A stretch of 64,000 bases of DNA from a virus. Its lineage: Duplodnaviria > Heunggongvirae > Uroviricota > Caudoviricetes. The DNA is taken from IMG/VR virus record IMGVR_UViG_3300031133_000383, positions 250,635 through 314,634 of that record. One strand, written 5' to 3'. Position 1 is the first letter of the stretch. Every line of letters begins with the position of its first letter. A program made the translations under genes and the position numbers. Below the pieces are notes generated by a model. It had not been told where the DNA came from. It worked only from the letters and a program-made list of their open reading frames with translations, and did no database searches. Positions 18,115 through 28,784 of this stretch are shown in pieces.

Positions 18115-18534
18115 TTAAACAACTTTTCTTAATCTATGATTATCAATCATTGTTTCGGGAATAGTGACAATTACCATATTTTTTAAAGATTCTTCTTCTA
18201 AAGAAAAGGCAGGAAAATCCACATCAAGATCTTGGTTCATTTTTCTAAAACTCTCTTTCAAGAAAATTGTTTCAACTCTTGTTAAGGCTGCAAATTCAAA
18301 ACCAGTCAAGACTAAATGATAATTGTTATGATTAAGTTGTTCTGCGTAAGTCTCAATGGCTGAGCGTGCGAGTGTCAACTCTCCCTCAGACAAGTCTTGT
18401 GCAAGCAATTTCTTTTTCAAGAAAACAGGGATAGATTCGCTATCTTGATAATCATACAGATTACTGAATTTGATATTGTTTTCTATTGCTAATATAGCCT
18501 GATTGATTTTGACAAATGAATGATGCCGACTCAT
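18115..18534 (-). CDS. Hypothetical protein
   Basis: SD GGAG supports start MSRHHSF. Confidence 0.55.
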   Translation of the reverse strand: MSRHHSFVKINQAILAIENNIKFSNLYDYQDSESIPVFLKKKLLAQDLSEGELTLARSAIETYAEQLNHNNYHLVLTGFEFAALTRVETIFLKESFRKMNQDLDVDFPAFSLEEESLKNMVIVTIPETMIDNHRLRKVV

Positions 18535-18744
18535 GTAATTCTCCATGTAGGTTATAAATATCAGCCTTATTATATCACCAATTAAGGTTTCTATCAACTA
18601 TAATATGCTTTAATTTTATAATTATTGTTGGTTTATAGTATTATAATATGTAAAAATAAAAAATACAGTCTTTTTTATTAATTTATTTTGATAAACCTAA
18701 GTAAAAGGTTATAATTTTTATATTATAGGAGAGGTAAACATTTA

Positions 18745-19275
18745 ATGAAATCCATAAATATTCAGATAAATAAAGTAAATAATGCCATGCAGATTGATCA
18801 GCGAGGAATCTTCAAAAGAATTACAAAATTATTTGAAGAGCATGGAGAACTCTATGAAGCTTATACACTCAACAAACGAGATAATATTATTGAAGAAGCC
18901 GTTGATAATTTTATTGTTTTAACATCTCTGCTGCATGAAGTTGATAATACCCTTTTAGAAAAATCTGAACAATTTGCTATGATGGGACTGGATCAAGCAT
19001 TAAAAGATAGAACTTTGACGTGGAAAACCAATAACGTTAGTTTACTGATGAATTACACCATAGTCGTTGGTAAAATGGTAGATATTATACAAAAATATGA
19101 ACAAATCATCAGTAGTCGATATAAGGGGGGCGTATCAAAAGAAGAAACGGTAGATTCTATTTTGGACAGTATCAGAGTTTTATTTTATTTTATTGCCACA
19201 ATTACAATGAATACTGATCTTATTAATATACTCATTGATAAAAAGATAAATAAATGGATAGAAAAAGTGAGTTAA
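18745..19275 (+). CDS. MazG-like NTP pyrophosphohydrolase
   Basis: KLFEEHGELYEA...EEAVD EExxE/EExxD pattern. Confidence 0.65.
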   Translation: MKSINIQINKVNNAMQIDQRGIFKRITKLFEEHGELYEAYTLNKRDNIIEEAVDNFIVLTSLLHEVDNTLLEKSEQFAMMGLDQALKDRTLTWKTNNVSLLMNYTIVVGKMVDIIQKYEQIISSRYKGGVSKEETVDSILDSIRVLFYFIATITMNTDLINILIDKKINKWIEKVS

Positions 19276-19334
19276 TAGTTACTAGCCTAAAACATGAATA
19301 AAAAAAAGACCACTTTTCAGTAGTCTTTTTAATG

Positions 19335-19511
19335 CTATCTTACAACTTTTGATACAGCTTTTCGACCCAGTAAGAAAGTAACAATACATATTATTAAGAA
19401 TAATATAAAGAGCACTTTAGCAATACCAATTGATGCACCAGCGATTGAAGTGAAACCCAACAATCCAGCTACCAATGCGAAGACTAAAAATATAAATGAC
19501 CATTTTAGCAT
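19335..19511 (-). CDS. DUF1328 (YtjA-like) small membrane protein, 58 aa
   Basis: Hand translation MLKWSFIFLVFALVAGLLGFTSIAGASIGIAKVLFILFLIICIVTFLLGRKAVSKVVR; SD AGGAGG; absent from ORF track. Confidence 0.8.
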   Translation of the reverse strand: MLKWSFIFLVFALVAGLLGFTSIAGASIGIAKVLFILFLIICIVTFLLGRKAVSKVVR

Positions 19512-19720
19512 ACTGACCTCCTGATGTTAGTTAGTGTTAATACTTTATCATTTTTTTATTAAAAGTCAATAGTATACAATTCTAAAATATTTTTTATCTC
19601 TATTTTTTGACATGTTTAAAGAACTATAAAATTTTAAATTTTGACAGTATTTATAAAAAAAACCGCATACTGCGATTTTTCTTATACTGATTTAGATGCA
19701 ACGATTTTTATTTTAAATTA

Positions 19721-21856
19721 TTAAACAACTGCTTTCAATGTATTATCATTACGATTTTTTATTACTTGTTTTTGTTCAAGTAATTTTAAATCATCCATAT
19801 TGAAAGACATTGAAACATCAATTTTTCCTTTTACCTTAAGCTCTTTGTGCAACTCGTTAAATTGAATCAATTTGTTTTCAGCCATTTTAGATAAATTGTC
19901 CATTTCTACTGTTTTAAACTCAGGTGCCATTCTTTTATAGTCCATGACACTTTTATGAGCATTCATCATGGTTTTATGTACATCGTTATTAAATCCATTC
20001 TGATTAAACTTTGCATTCAATGTGTTTTTAAACAGTGGATCATCAAGATCCATACAATTCAATTTAAAAGCCGATTCATTCAATTTTCCACATTTTAAGA
20101 AATTATTATTATCCAAATAATTTTTAATATCCTTAAATTGTTTTGCTGAATCTTTTTCTACAAAATCATGGTTATTGCTGAACGTGTTAACTTCCTTTTC
20201 CATTAGTAAGGCTTGATTATATTTCATTCTTAAATCCGACTCATTCATGGCTGGTTTTGTTTTATCTCCAATATCTTCTTTCATTTTTTGCACTTGATCC
20301 ATTATTGCATTTTCTGTATCACGTTTACTAACCAAATGAGAATAATTTCTTAATATTTCTTTTGAATTTTCTAAGCTTTTTGCTAATAAAACATCGGTTG
20401 TATCCATTTTTGAAACTTCAACTGCCCATTTTCTGATTTCAATCATTTGTGGTCTAATTTTATTTAAAGCATCTTTGTCTTTCAATAAGTCCATATCAGA
20501 AAATATTTCAATTTGCTTATTCATATTAACCATTCTAGCGTTAATAGAACCTATTGGTTTTATTGAATCCTGTTTTTCAATGATAGCTTCAACAGCGGCA
20601 GCCTTAACAATTGTAGGCGTTTGATTAGACGCTTTGGTTTCTTTTTTAATTGTAACATCAGAAGCACTGATTGATTCATTTATAACGGTATCAGTTTGCT
20701 GTTTAGATACTTCAACACTAGTTTTTTCTTTATCGAAACCAATTGATTTTCTAAGGCTGGTTATGCCAGCAGCTACTGCAACCGATAGTCTTGAAAATAA
20801 CGATTGTTTTTGCTCAGTGGGTGTTTCAATAGTCGCACTTGATTTAGAGTCAATAACATTAGTATTCAGATCTCTATTTTTATTATTCATTTTTGTTATA
20901 ATTTCCTTGTTGGAAAAATAGCTAGTGGGATCATCACTTAAAAATTTAATTCTGTTTCTCAATTCATTTGTATCTTTATTAGAAAACGATTCTTTTATAT
21001 ATGTATTCAAGTTAGGTTTATTATCTCTATAACTTTTTACGATATCTTGCATCTTTTCAATAGCTTTAACTTCAGATGGCCCTAATTCTCTAAGGTCTAC
21101 AAATTTCATTTTGTCCATTCTTTTAACCATATCTTCCATAAGTGGAATAGAATGCATATAGTATTCTTTATCATTTGATATTTTTTTAAAATCATGGCTC
21201 ACATGCTGCAGATTCGGCTTGTTTCGCATAACATGAGCTTCTGTCACTTTATCAAATTCTGCAACCATTCTTGGCATTTCCTTTAAAGATTTTATGGCAT
21301 CTTTCTTATTGTTCATGTTGGAAAACATGGATTTTAATTCAGGTACTGCCATCATTTTTTTCGCAAATGCATGTTGCTCTTTGTACTTGTCTTTATTGGC
21401 TTCCAAAAAAGGCATAATATCGTGAATCATCGTTACACCCGTTTGCACACGAATAGAGTCGATTTGAGCACCATAACGAAACTCCTTCATGGCTTTTAAC
21501 GTACTATTAATGGCAGCATCTTCCAAAGCTTGGATTAATCTAGGTTGATCAGCTAGTTTACTGTAAGCATCATTTAATGCCACGCTTCTATAGAAAGGTA
21601 ATGATTCGTTAAATTCATGACTTCCGTTTAGTGTTTTCTTTTGACTCCATGTGTTGGAATCATTCCAAGTGTTAGGGTGTCTTGCACTGTGATTATAAAT
21701 AATACTTTGAGCTATATTGTTTATTTCTATAGTTTTCAGTTCTTCACTTTCTTTGTTGTTGGCAACAGATCTCAATGCAGCTATTTGAGACGATATACCT
21801 TTTTGATTTGAATTAATGAATTTATCATATTCTTTACTGTTGAATAATTTAGCCAT
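19721..21856 (-). CDS. Large Lys/Glu/Asn-rich helical protein, unknown function
   Basis: 711 aa ORF, no recognisable motif. Confidence 0.65.
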   Translation of the reverse strand: MAKLFNSKEYDKFINSNQKGISSQIAALRSVANNKESEELKTIEINNIAQSIIYNHSARHPNTWNDSNTWSQKKTLNGSHEFNESLPFYRSVALNDAYSKLADQPRLIQALEDAAINSTLKAMKEFRYGAQIDSIRVQTGVTMIHDIMPFLEANKDKYKEQHAFAKKMMAVPELKSMFSNMNNKKDAIKSLKEMPRMVAEFDKVTEAHVMRNKPNLQHVSHDFKKISNDKEYYMHSIPLMEDMVKRMDKMKFVDLRELGPSEVKAIEKMQDIVKSYRDNKPNLNTYIKESFSNKDTNELRNRIKFLSDDPTSYFSNKEIITKMNNKNRDLNTNVIDSKSSATIETPTEQKQSLFSRLSVAVAAGITSLRKSIGFDKEKTSVEVSKQQTDTVINESISASDVTIKKETKASNQTPTIVKAAAVEAIIEKQDSIKPIGSINARMVNMNKQIEIFSDMDLLKDKDALNKIRPQMIEIRKWAVEVSKMDTTDVLLAKSLENSKEILRNYSHLVSKRDTENAIMDQVQKMKEDIGDKTKPAMNESDLRMKYNQALLMEKEVNTFSNNHDFVEKDSAKQFKDIKNYLDNNNFLKCGKLNESAFKLNCMDLDDPLFKNTLNAKFNQNGFNNDVHKTMMNAHKSVMDYKRMAPEFKTVEMDNLSKMAENKLIQFNELHKELKVKGKIDVSMSFNMDDLKLLEQKQVIKNRNDNTLKAVV

Positions 21857-21962
21857 GTATTATCATTGTTTATTTATATATAATCAGTATAGCATTAATT
21901 AAAAATAAATAAACAATGAACAATATTTTTATAAATTAAACAACAGCACTATATATAGTGTA

Positions 21963-22787
21963 CTATTTCAAAATATTTTGAATATCCTTGTATTCTTTAT
22001 TGAAACTATCTTCTTTTATTTTATCATTAATTTCTTCGTATCTTTTGTTGATGTGTATATTTTCAATCCCAATTACAAAAGCATAACTTTCTTGTAAAGA
22101 ATAATTCATAAAAGAGATATTTGATTTTAGTATCACCAATATATTTTCTTTGATATATCTCTTCTCACCAGAAAATTCACGAAAAAATGATTTTTCTTCT
22201 TTAAAACCATTTTTAATTAGATAATCGCTGAATTTTTCGTTCAGCAAATTAACCTTATCTTTCAAGCCGATTTTATCAGAAATATCACGTTTGCCACGTT
22301 CAAGATTTATTTTTAATGTAGTATTGTATAGATAACCACTTCCATAGTTATATGCCACTGTATAATTATTATTTGAATCACCAATTTCTAAACTTTTAGG
22401 AGGGCTGTTTTTTATATCAACGTCAACAAAAACGCCTTTTTCTTCGAAATGTATATTAGATAAGTAATTGCCATTAGGTAATCCAACTTTTATATTTCTG
22501 TATATAAACGCATATTCTTCATCTAGTGATTTCAATTGTTCTTGTGGATCGTTTGGATTGATTTCATTTATTTTATTGCGTTTATCGACATACTCAACAT
22601 AACTGTAAATATAACTTTTTTTGGGTACGAAAATTGTTATTTTATCTGTTTCTGTTTCTTCTTCTTTTAGGTTCATAGCCGCAATCATTTTACTCATATC
22701 AGGAGGAAAATAACTACCTGTTTCTTCTGCATAAGAAAAACAAGTAATAAGCAAAAGCATAAAAGTCATCACATATTTTTTTATCAT
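21963..22787 (-). CDS. Hypothetical secreted protein
   Basis: SD GGAG; signal peptide MIKKYVMTFMLLLITCFSYA. Confidence 0.6.
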   Translation of the reverse strand: MIKKYVMTFMLLLITCFSYAEETGSYFPPDMSKMIAAMNLKEEETETDKITIFVPKKSYIYSYVEYVDKRNKINEINPNDPQEQLKSLDEEYAFIYRNIKVGLPNGNYLSNIHFEEKGVFVDVDIKNSPPKSLEIGDSNNNYTVAYNYGSGYLYNTTLKINLERGKRDISDKIGLKDKVNLLNEKFSDYLIKNGFKEEKSFFREFSGEKRYIKENILVILKSNISFMNYSLQESYAFVIGIENIHINKRYEEINDKIKEDSFNKEYKDIQNILK

Positions 22788-22936
22788 TTTAGTCTCCATA
22801 ATAATGTTCAAAATTATAGACTTTTTTTGATTTTTGTCAACGTATAATTTATGTTGCAATTGAATCATAAATTTGTTATTCTACGTCGCTAGAATATAAT
22901 AATCACCACAAACTTCATGAATCGACAGGTATTTTA

Positions 22937-23647
22937 ATGTTGCCATTACAAATATATTTCATTCAATTCACACAATGGTTGTCTCAACCTTTATTGAAAT
23001 GGAAAGCTAACAGAATGGGATTATTCTCTATTCTCAATGATTTCTGCACAGTAATTAAAAAAGCTTCCATACCGGGAGCTTTTGTCCATGAGCCAAATGA
23101 TCTGTATATTATTTACGATTTCTTTTGTGGCATTCATGTCCGTCTTAAACATCACAATGCACTATTCTTGTCAGCTTTACCCAATAGATCAAGACGACAA
23201 TTGTATTCTACTACTGGTTGCTTTGAGACTCAGTGTATTCAAATAGATGAAATTTCAATCTTTGAAAATTTTTTTAGTTCAATCGATCTATCATCCTATC
23301 ATTTTTATAATCATTGGATGGTTTATTACAAAAATAAGAAAATTGATTATATGACTTGCACATTGAAATTGAGCGATTCAAATAATCCATGGTCCAATAA
23401 ACACTTCAAAAGATTATTTACTTTTGATTCTGATTTTAATTTAATCAATATTAAAAAGAACAATCAGGATGTTGATGATATTTCAGATTCTGTTTGCATA
23501 CAAGATGAGTTGTTGCTATTAAGGTTACTGGTTAGCAAGCCCAACTCAGAAGTCAGTCAGCTATTTCCAGAATTTTATATGCCATCAGTGTACGATTTCA
23601 ATTCAGAAGAATTCGCATCTCGTTTGAAATTAGCAAACATCCTATGA
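22937..23647 (+). CDS. Hypothetical protein, paralog of 23658..24311
   Basis: Shared ELL....PEF..PS.YDF....FA.R.K C-terminal block. Confidence 0.65.
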   Translation: MLPLQIYFIQFTQWLSQPLLKWKANRMGLFSILNDFCTVIKKASIPGAFVHEPNDLYIIYDFFCGIHVRLKHHNALFLSALPNRSRRQLYSTTGCFETQCIQIDEISIFENFFSSIDLSSYHFYNHWMVYYKNKKIDYMTCTLKLSDSNNPWSNKHFKRLFTFDSDFNLINIKKNNQDVDDISDSVCIQDELLLLRLLVSKPNSEVSQLFPEFYMPSVYDFNSEEFASRLKLANIL

Positions 23648-23657
23648 GGTAGATTTA

Positions 23658-24311
23658 ATGAGAACATCCGCTAGTTTATTTTCCTTTTTCATATCATGTT
23701 TACTATTGCCATTTATTGCCATCAAAAAAATCATTTATAAACATATACCAGCATCAGAAACACTGTGCCTTTTTTTTAATACCATGGCACTGCAAAAATA
23801 TAGTGGTAATGATATTGCATTAGTTCCTCATCGTATAGCAACAAATAGCACCCGAAAATCTTGGGTTGTTCATGGCTGTGATTTTAATAATACTTCATTT
23901 TTTTCTACATTCGCTAGAAATATGAAACATCATGCTCATCTTTCGGGCCAATTCCTTTTATCTTCTGACAATGGAATTATTTATCGTCTTATTTTTAGTT
24001 TGCACATTCAAGTTTCTTCAAAAAATCATCCTGTTAATAAACTAAATGTTAATTTTGTTTTTGATAATAAATTTAATTTAATTCAAATTCACAAACAGTA
24101 TCTAAAATCAAATAATGATATTATTCAGAATACAGCTAGTTATACACCTGTTGGATTAGAAAATGAACTCTTAATGATAAAAATATTTATACAAGGAAAC
24201 GCTTGCGAGTTGGCTAAATTATTACCTGAATTCTGTATTCCATCAGCTTACGATTTTTCAACAGACGATTTTGCTAAACGTATAAAAGTAGCAGGTATGA
24301 TTGATTATTGA
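23658..24311 (+). CDS. Hypothetical protein with shared C-terminal motif
   Basis: Paralog of 22937..23647; ends VAGMIDY. Confidence 0.65.
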   Translation: MRTSASLFSFFISCLLLPFIAIKKIIYKHIPASETLCLFFNTMALQKYSGNDIALVPHRIATNSTRKSWVVHGCDFNNTSFFSTFARNMKHHAHLSGQFLLSSDNGIIYRLIFSLHIQVSSKNHPVNKLNVNFVFDNKFNLIQIHKQYLKSNNDIIQNTASYTPVGLENELLMIKIFIQGNACELAKLLPEFCIPSAYDFSTDDFAKRIKVAGMIDY

Positions 24312-24389
24312 TTATTTTTTTTAAAACAAAGAAAAAAGTTGATATATAATCTATTAATATTCATTTTATTGTAACTTTTAATTAATGCG

Positions 24390-24418
24390 TTGACTTTATT
24401 GGATATTTATTCTATCAT
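24390..24418 (+). promoter_or_regulatory. sigma70 promoter of gatCAB
   Basis: TTGACT-17 nt-TATCAT, SD AAGGA before 24445. Confidence 0.7.
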
Positions 24419-24444
24419 ATATCCTTCAAATAAAGGAAAATAAC

Positions 24445-24723
24445 ATGACTTCGATAGACTTAAAGAAACTGGAATCACTCAGTTGTCTCAAAATTGATGA
24501 ATCTCAAGAACATAAAATGCTAGCAGGTATTCAAGGTGTGGTTGAAATGCTACATGCTATCGATCAAGTCAATGTTAACTCTTTTTCTGATAATCAAACT
24601 AATCCTACTCAACTCGCCACTGATGTTGTTGATGACACTTATCTTTTTGATAAAAATAAAACCAGTCAATCAGTTAACATGCAGGATGGCCTATTTTTGG
24701 CACCAAAAGTCATTAGCAAGTAA
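24445..24723 (+). CDS. gatC: Asp/Glu-tRNA amidotransferase subunit C
   Basis: 92 aa, L..LS.L pattern, C-terminal DGLFLAPKVI; first gene of gatCAB. Confidence 0.8.
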   Translation: MTSIDLKKLESLSCLKIDESQEHKMLAGIQGVVEMLHAIDQVNVNSFSDNQTNPTQLATDVVDDTYLFDKNKTSQSVNMQDGLFLAPKVISK

Positions 24724-24750
24724 ATTTATACATTATAATTGAGGTGGATT

Positions 24751-26181
24751 ATGTCATTACGTACCAAACAAAGCGAATTTAAAGCAACACAACACTATTG
24801 GACAAAAAGAACTGCAGCTATTAAAGAGTTGATAAAAAAAGATCAATCAGGTGCTTTCTGGCACCAGTCAGAAGTCTTTTCTCGTATGGAACAGGATTCT
24901 GATATTAAAGACCAACAAGATAAATCAATGAGTGAACCACTTTCAGGGATTGCAGTAGGAATAAAAGATCTTTTTTGTGTAAAAGGATTAACAACAACGG
25001 CTGGCTCCAAAATTCTTGAAGACTTTGTTTCTCCCTATGATTCTACCGTATGGGAAACGCTTCAATCCAAGGGAGCATTCATTGGTGGAAAGCTTGCCAT
25101 GGATGAATTTGCAATGGGATCATTTACCAATACTTCATTCCTAGGTAAAACATCTATTCCCGGTCAACTGGACCGATCAGCAGGTGGTTCATCAGGTGGC
25201 TCTGCTGCGGCTGTTGCATCGGGTATTGTGGATTTTAGTATTGGTTCGGATACAGGTGGATCTGTTCGCCAACCTGCTAGTTTTTGTGGCGTTGTTGGAT
25301 TTAAACCTTCTTATGGAGCCTTTTCACGTTTTGGAATGATTCCTTATGCTTCATCATTGGATCAAGCTGGTTTCTTGACCAAGAGTCTTGATGATTTATC
25401 ATTTTTGATCGAACAAAACTTGGCCAAGAAAGATTCAAGAGACATGACATGTGTAGGTTTGGGAGATTATCATAAAAGTTCAAAAACTATTATGAGTGTA
25501 GGCTACTTTAAAGATATTTTAGAAAGTAACGCTATTCAGCCAGAAGTTGCAGAAGCCTATCGCCTCACTTTACAGCAGTTCAAAGAAGCCGGTATAAAAT
25601 TGGTGCCTGTAAAACTAGATTTTATGGAACAAGCGGCTCAAATCTACTATATTATTGCCTGTTCTGAGGCCAGTTCTAACCTTGCTCGCTATCAAGGCAT
25701 CTACTTTGGCAAAAAGCTTACTGAGCAACCACTCCACGATTCATTTGCTGAAACAGTGGCTCATTACCGTAGTAAATTCTTTGGAGAAGAGGTACAACGT
25801 CGCATTATGTTGGGTTCCTTTATCCTCAGTGCTGAAAATTTTTCAACCATGTATGAAAAATCGTGGAACATGAGAAAGGCTTTAACAGCCAGTATTCAAA
25901 AAACACTAAAAGAAGTGGACACTATTGTTTTACCTGTTAGTCCTACAGTGGCTCCGAAATGGGAAGAAATAGATACAATGACACCCGCCCAAATCTATTA
26001 TTCAGATTATATGACAGTGCCTTTTAGTCTTGCAGGTGTTCCAGCTATTTCATTACCTTGGCATAAAACATCTGATGGCTTGAACATTGGCATGCAATTT
26101 GTTGGACAGAAGTTTAAGGATTATGAGTTGATTGACAGCTTGTCGGCTTTGGAAACTGAAATTTACGGAAAAGGATTATGA
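24751..26181 (+). CDS. gatA: Asp/Glu-tRNA amidotransferase subunit A
   Basis: Amidase signature GIKDLF, GGSSGGSAAAVA, GSDTGGSVRQPA; ASSNLARY; EVQRRIMLG; SD GAGGTGG supports ATG 24751. Confidence 0.93.
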   Translation: MSLRTKQSEFKATQHYWTKRTAAIKELIKKDQSGAFWHQSEVFSRMEQDSDIKDQQDKSMSEPLSGIAVGIKDLFCVKGLTTTAGSKILEDFVSPYDSTVWETLQSKGAFIGGKLAMDEFAMGSFTNTSFLGKTSIPGQLDRSAGGSSGGSAAAVASGIVDFSIGSDTGGSVRQPASFCGVVGFKPSYGAFSRFGMIPYASSLDQAGFLTKSLDDLSFLIEQNLAKKDSRDMTCVGLGDYHKSSKTIMSVGYFKDILESNAIQPEVAEAYRLTLQQFKEAGIKLVPVKLDFMEQAAQIYYIIACSEASSNLARYQGIYFGKKLTEQPLHDSFAETVAHYRSKFFGEEVQRRIMLGSFILSAENFSTMYEKSWNMRKALTASIQKTLKEVDTIVLPVSPTVAPKWEEIDTMTPAQIYYSDYMTVPFSLAGVPAISLPWHKTSDGLNIGMQFVGQKFKDYELIDSLSALETEIYGKGL

Positions 26182-27578
26182 ATATGAGCGATTATAAAAT
26201 TACAATTGGTTTGGAAGTTCATGTGGCCCTCAAAACCACATCAAAGTTATTTAGTCGCAGTGCTTGTGATTTTGAACTAAATAAATTCTCGTATTTTGAT
26301 GCTGGTATTCCGGGTATGCTTCCAGTTCTTGCTCAGGAACCCGTAGATATGGCATTGAAATTTGCAGTCAGTGTGGGTGCTGAAATTCCTGCTATCAGTA
26401 TTTTTGAACGCAAACATTATTTTTATCCTGATTTGTCATTGGGTTATCAAATCACTCAGCAACATCGCCCTATCATGATTGGCGGCACTGTGCCTATCGA
26501 AATTGATGGAAAGACCATCAATGTTCAAATCGAACATGCACACTTGGAATGTGATGCCGCAAAAAGCCTGCATGATCGCTATACAGATTATACCGCCATT
26601 GACCTTTCTCGTGGATCTTCACCTCTTCTTGAAATTGTGACGACCCCTTGTATGCACAGTACAAAGGAAGCTAAACTATATGCACAAACAGTGTGTGAAC
26701 TGGTTAAATATCTTGGAATTTGTGATGGCAAGCTAGAAGAAGGGTCATTTCGTGTAGATGCAAGTATTTCTTTATCAAAAACAGAGCAATTAGGAACTCG
26801 GGTAGAAATAAAAAATATTTCATCATTTGGCTTCTTGCAAGCTGCTTTGGATTACGAAATTGAACGTCAAACAGAAATACTGGATGCTGGTTTGAAACTT
26901 GACATGGAGACTCGTCTGTTTGATGAGTCCACATCAACCACTCATTCCATGCGAATGAAAGAAACTGTGCATGAGTATCGTTATATGCCTGATCCCGACA
27001 TTGTACCTTTGGTTTTGGATCAAGAAAAACTACAAGCTATTCGTGGAGATAACGAACTCTATTATTTTGAAATTCGTCAACAATTTATTGATATGTTTGA
27101 CAGGCTCTCTATCAAAATTGATAGTATTCCTTCATTGTTAGCATCAGATTATAAATCGGTTTGGATGAAATTACTAAGGAATCCTGATTTGCAGACAGAG
27201 CGGTTTATTAGGTTGTTGGCATTCTGGTTGCCAGAAGTGTTTGCTCGCATTGACTCAAAAAGAATTGTTGACTTTGACGATTTGAAATTTATTGCAGATA
27301 GTTCTTTAGAAGCAAAAGAAGTTAAGGAAATGCTAACACGGTGGGCAACAACTGACTTAACACTTAAAGCTTGTATTCCTGAGCGTATGTCCGAGGCTGA
27401 ACTTGGCACTATAATTCTTGATACCTTTAAAGAACTGGCTCCACAAGTAGAACAATACAAATCTGGACAGGAGAAAATTTTACAATTTATTATTGGTAAA
27501 GTAATGGCCAAAACAAAAGGCAAAGCACCCGCCAGTTTTGTAAAAGAGAAAACAAGTGAACTTATAAAGACCATTTAA
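26178..27578 (+). CDS. gatB: Asp/Glu-tRNA amidotransferase subunit B
   Basis: IGLEVH, RKHYFYPDL, PLLEIVT, EEGSFRVDA, VEIKN, YRYMPDPD, Yqey-like tail. Confidence 0.93.
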   Translation: MNMSDYKITIGLEVHVALKTTSKLFSRSACDFELNKFSYFDAGIPGMLPVLAQEPVDMALKFAVSVGAEIPAISIFERKHYFYPDLSLGYQITQQHRPIMIGGTVPIEIDGKTINVQIEHAHLECDAAKSLHDRYTDYTAIDLSRGSSPLLEIVTTPCMHSTKEAKLYAQTVCELVKYLGICDGKLEEGSFRVDASISLSKTEQLGTRVEIKNISSFGFLQAALDYEIERQTEILDAGLKLDMETRLFDESTSTTHSMRMKETVHEYRYMPDPDIVPLVLDQEKLQAIRGDNELYYFEIRQQFIDMFDRLSIKIDSIPSLLASDYKSVWMKLLRNPDLQTERFIRLLAFWLPEVFARIDSKRIVDFDDLKFIADSSLEAKEVKEMLTRWATTDLTLKACIPERMSEAELGTIILDTFKELAPQVEQYKSGQEKILQFIIGKVMAKTKGKAPASFVKEKTSELIKTI

Positions 27579-27703
27579 TATGGTCTTTTATTTTCGAATT
27601 TGTCATTTTTGCTTAAATAGCAATTGTCTTTTTCATTTTTACGCAATTGTTCTTTTCAATTATCATGCTAATATATGGAATACAAACTAATTGGAGATAA
27701 ATT

Positions 27704-27925
27704 ATGAAAAAAACAACATTTGCACTATTATCAATAATCGCACTTACCTCAACCACAGTATTTGCAGAAGATGGTTCTGACCGCACATTATTGGGTCAAC
27801 AAATCAGACATTCATATCAAGATCAAAATAAAACATATGCAATAGAGAATGGTAGTGATTACTCTAAAGCTGACCAGTCAAGAGTTAATACTTCTGATGT
27901 TACAACACCTGATGTAATGCAATAA
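27704..27925 (+). CDS. Small secreted protein (PtrA-like N-terminus)
   Basis: Signal peptide followed by AEDGSDRT, resembling Pseudomonas PtrA-type peptides. Confidence 0.45.
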   Translation: MKKTTFALLSIIALTSTTVFAEDGSDRTLLGQQIRHSYQDQNKTYAIENGSDYSKADQSRVNTSDVTTPDVMQ

Positions 27926-28033
27926 ATTCAATCGTTAATAAACATAACAAAGTCATCTTGCGATGGCTTTTTTTGTTGTATTTGTATTGTTTTTTTGGTA
28001 AAATAACAGAAATCTTTTAGAGGTACAACCATT

Positions 28034-28774
28034 ATGTTCAATCTTTCCCACACTGAATTCTTGGATGTTATTCAAAATAATCCCAATTTCGAATTCACTA
28101 GAAAACCTCAAACATTTATCAAAAGTGATGAGCATTCTTGTTCGTATGCTGCTTATATTCCAAAGGGTTCAAGCGTTTATTTTCATAACTTCGATCTAAA
28201 TGGCTCTTATCATGTTCAATTTTGGGGAACTTCATGGCATATTCTTTCCTATAATAAATTATTCAATGATAAAATTGTCTCACGGTACTTTAAACACAAG
28301 GTAGGTCTTATTTTTAAAGATGAAATTTACGAAAATATTAAACAGGGTCTATCAACTTGCATGCAGGAGATCAAGCAATTCACAAAACTTCGTCCGGCTG
28401 CATATAAATCCATTATGCATTTCAATATTGAATTATATTTTGATAAGGAGACTCATGTTTATTGCGGTTATAAAGTCAAGCTTAGTGTGGTTTTGAATAA
28501 CTTGAAATGTTCTATGAGTATTTCGCCGATGCTTGTTTTTGAGTTGAGTGGTAGCATTGAACAACCTGTTAGCATCAAAATGCCCTTTCCTTTGAGGGGA
28601 GATAAGTATAAGTCACCTTTTTCTTTCAGTGAAAAGATCCCGGAAAGTGTTTCTGTTTTACACCACTGGATTGCACGTTGCCGTGGTGATGAAAACGCTA
28701 CAATCTCTGATGCCTTAGATGGTTTGGAACGTTTGGACATGAAATATAAATTAAAAGAAATGCAAGCATACTAA
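28034..28774 (+). CDS. Hypothetical protein with shared C-terminal motif
   Basis: 246 aa; ends LKEMQAY. Confidence 0.65.
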   Translation: MFNLSHTEFLDVIQNNPNFEFTRKPQTFIKSDEHSCSYAAYIPKGSSVYFHNFDLNGSYHVQFWGTSWHILSYNKLFNDKIVSRYFKHKVGLIFKDEIYENIKQGLSTCMQEIKQFTKLRPAAYKSIMHFNIELYFDKETHVYCGYKVKLSVVLNNLKCSMSISPMLVFELSGSIEQPVSIKMPFPLRGDKYKSPFSFSEKIPESVSVLHHWIARCRGDENATISDALDGLERLDMKYKLKEMQAY

Positions 28775-28784
28775 GGAGAATTTT

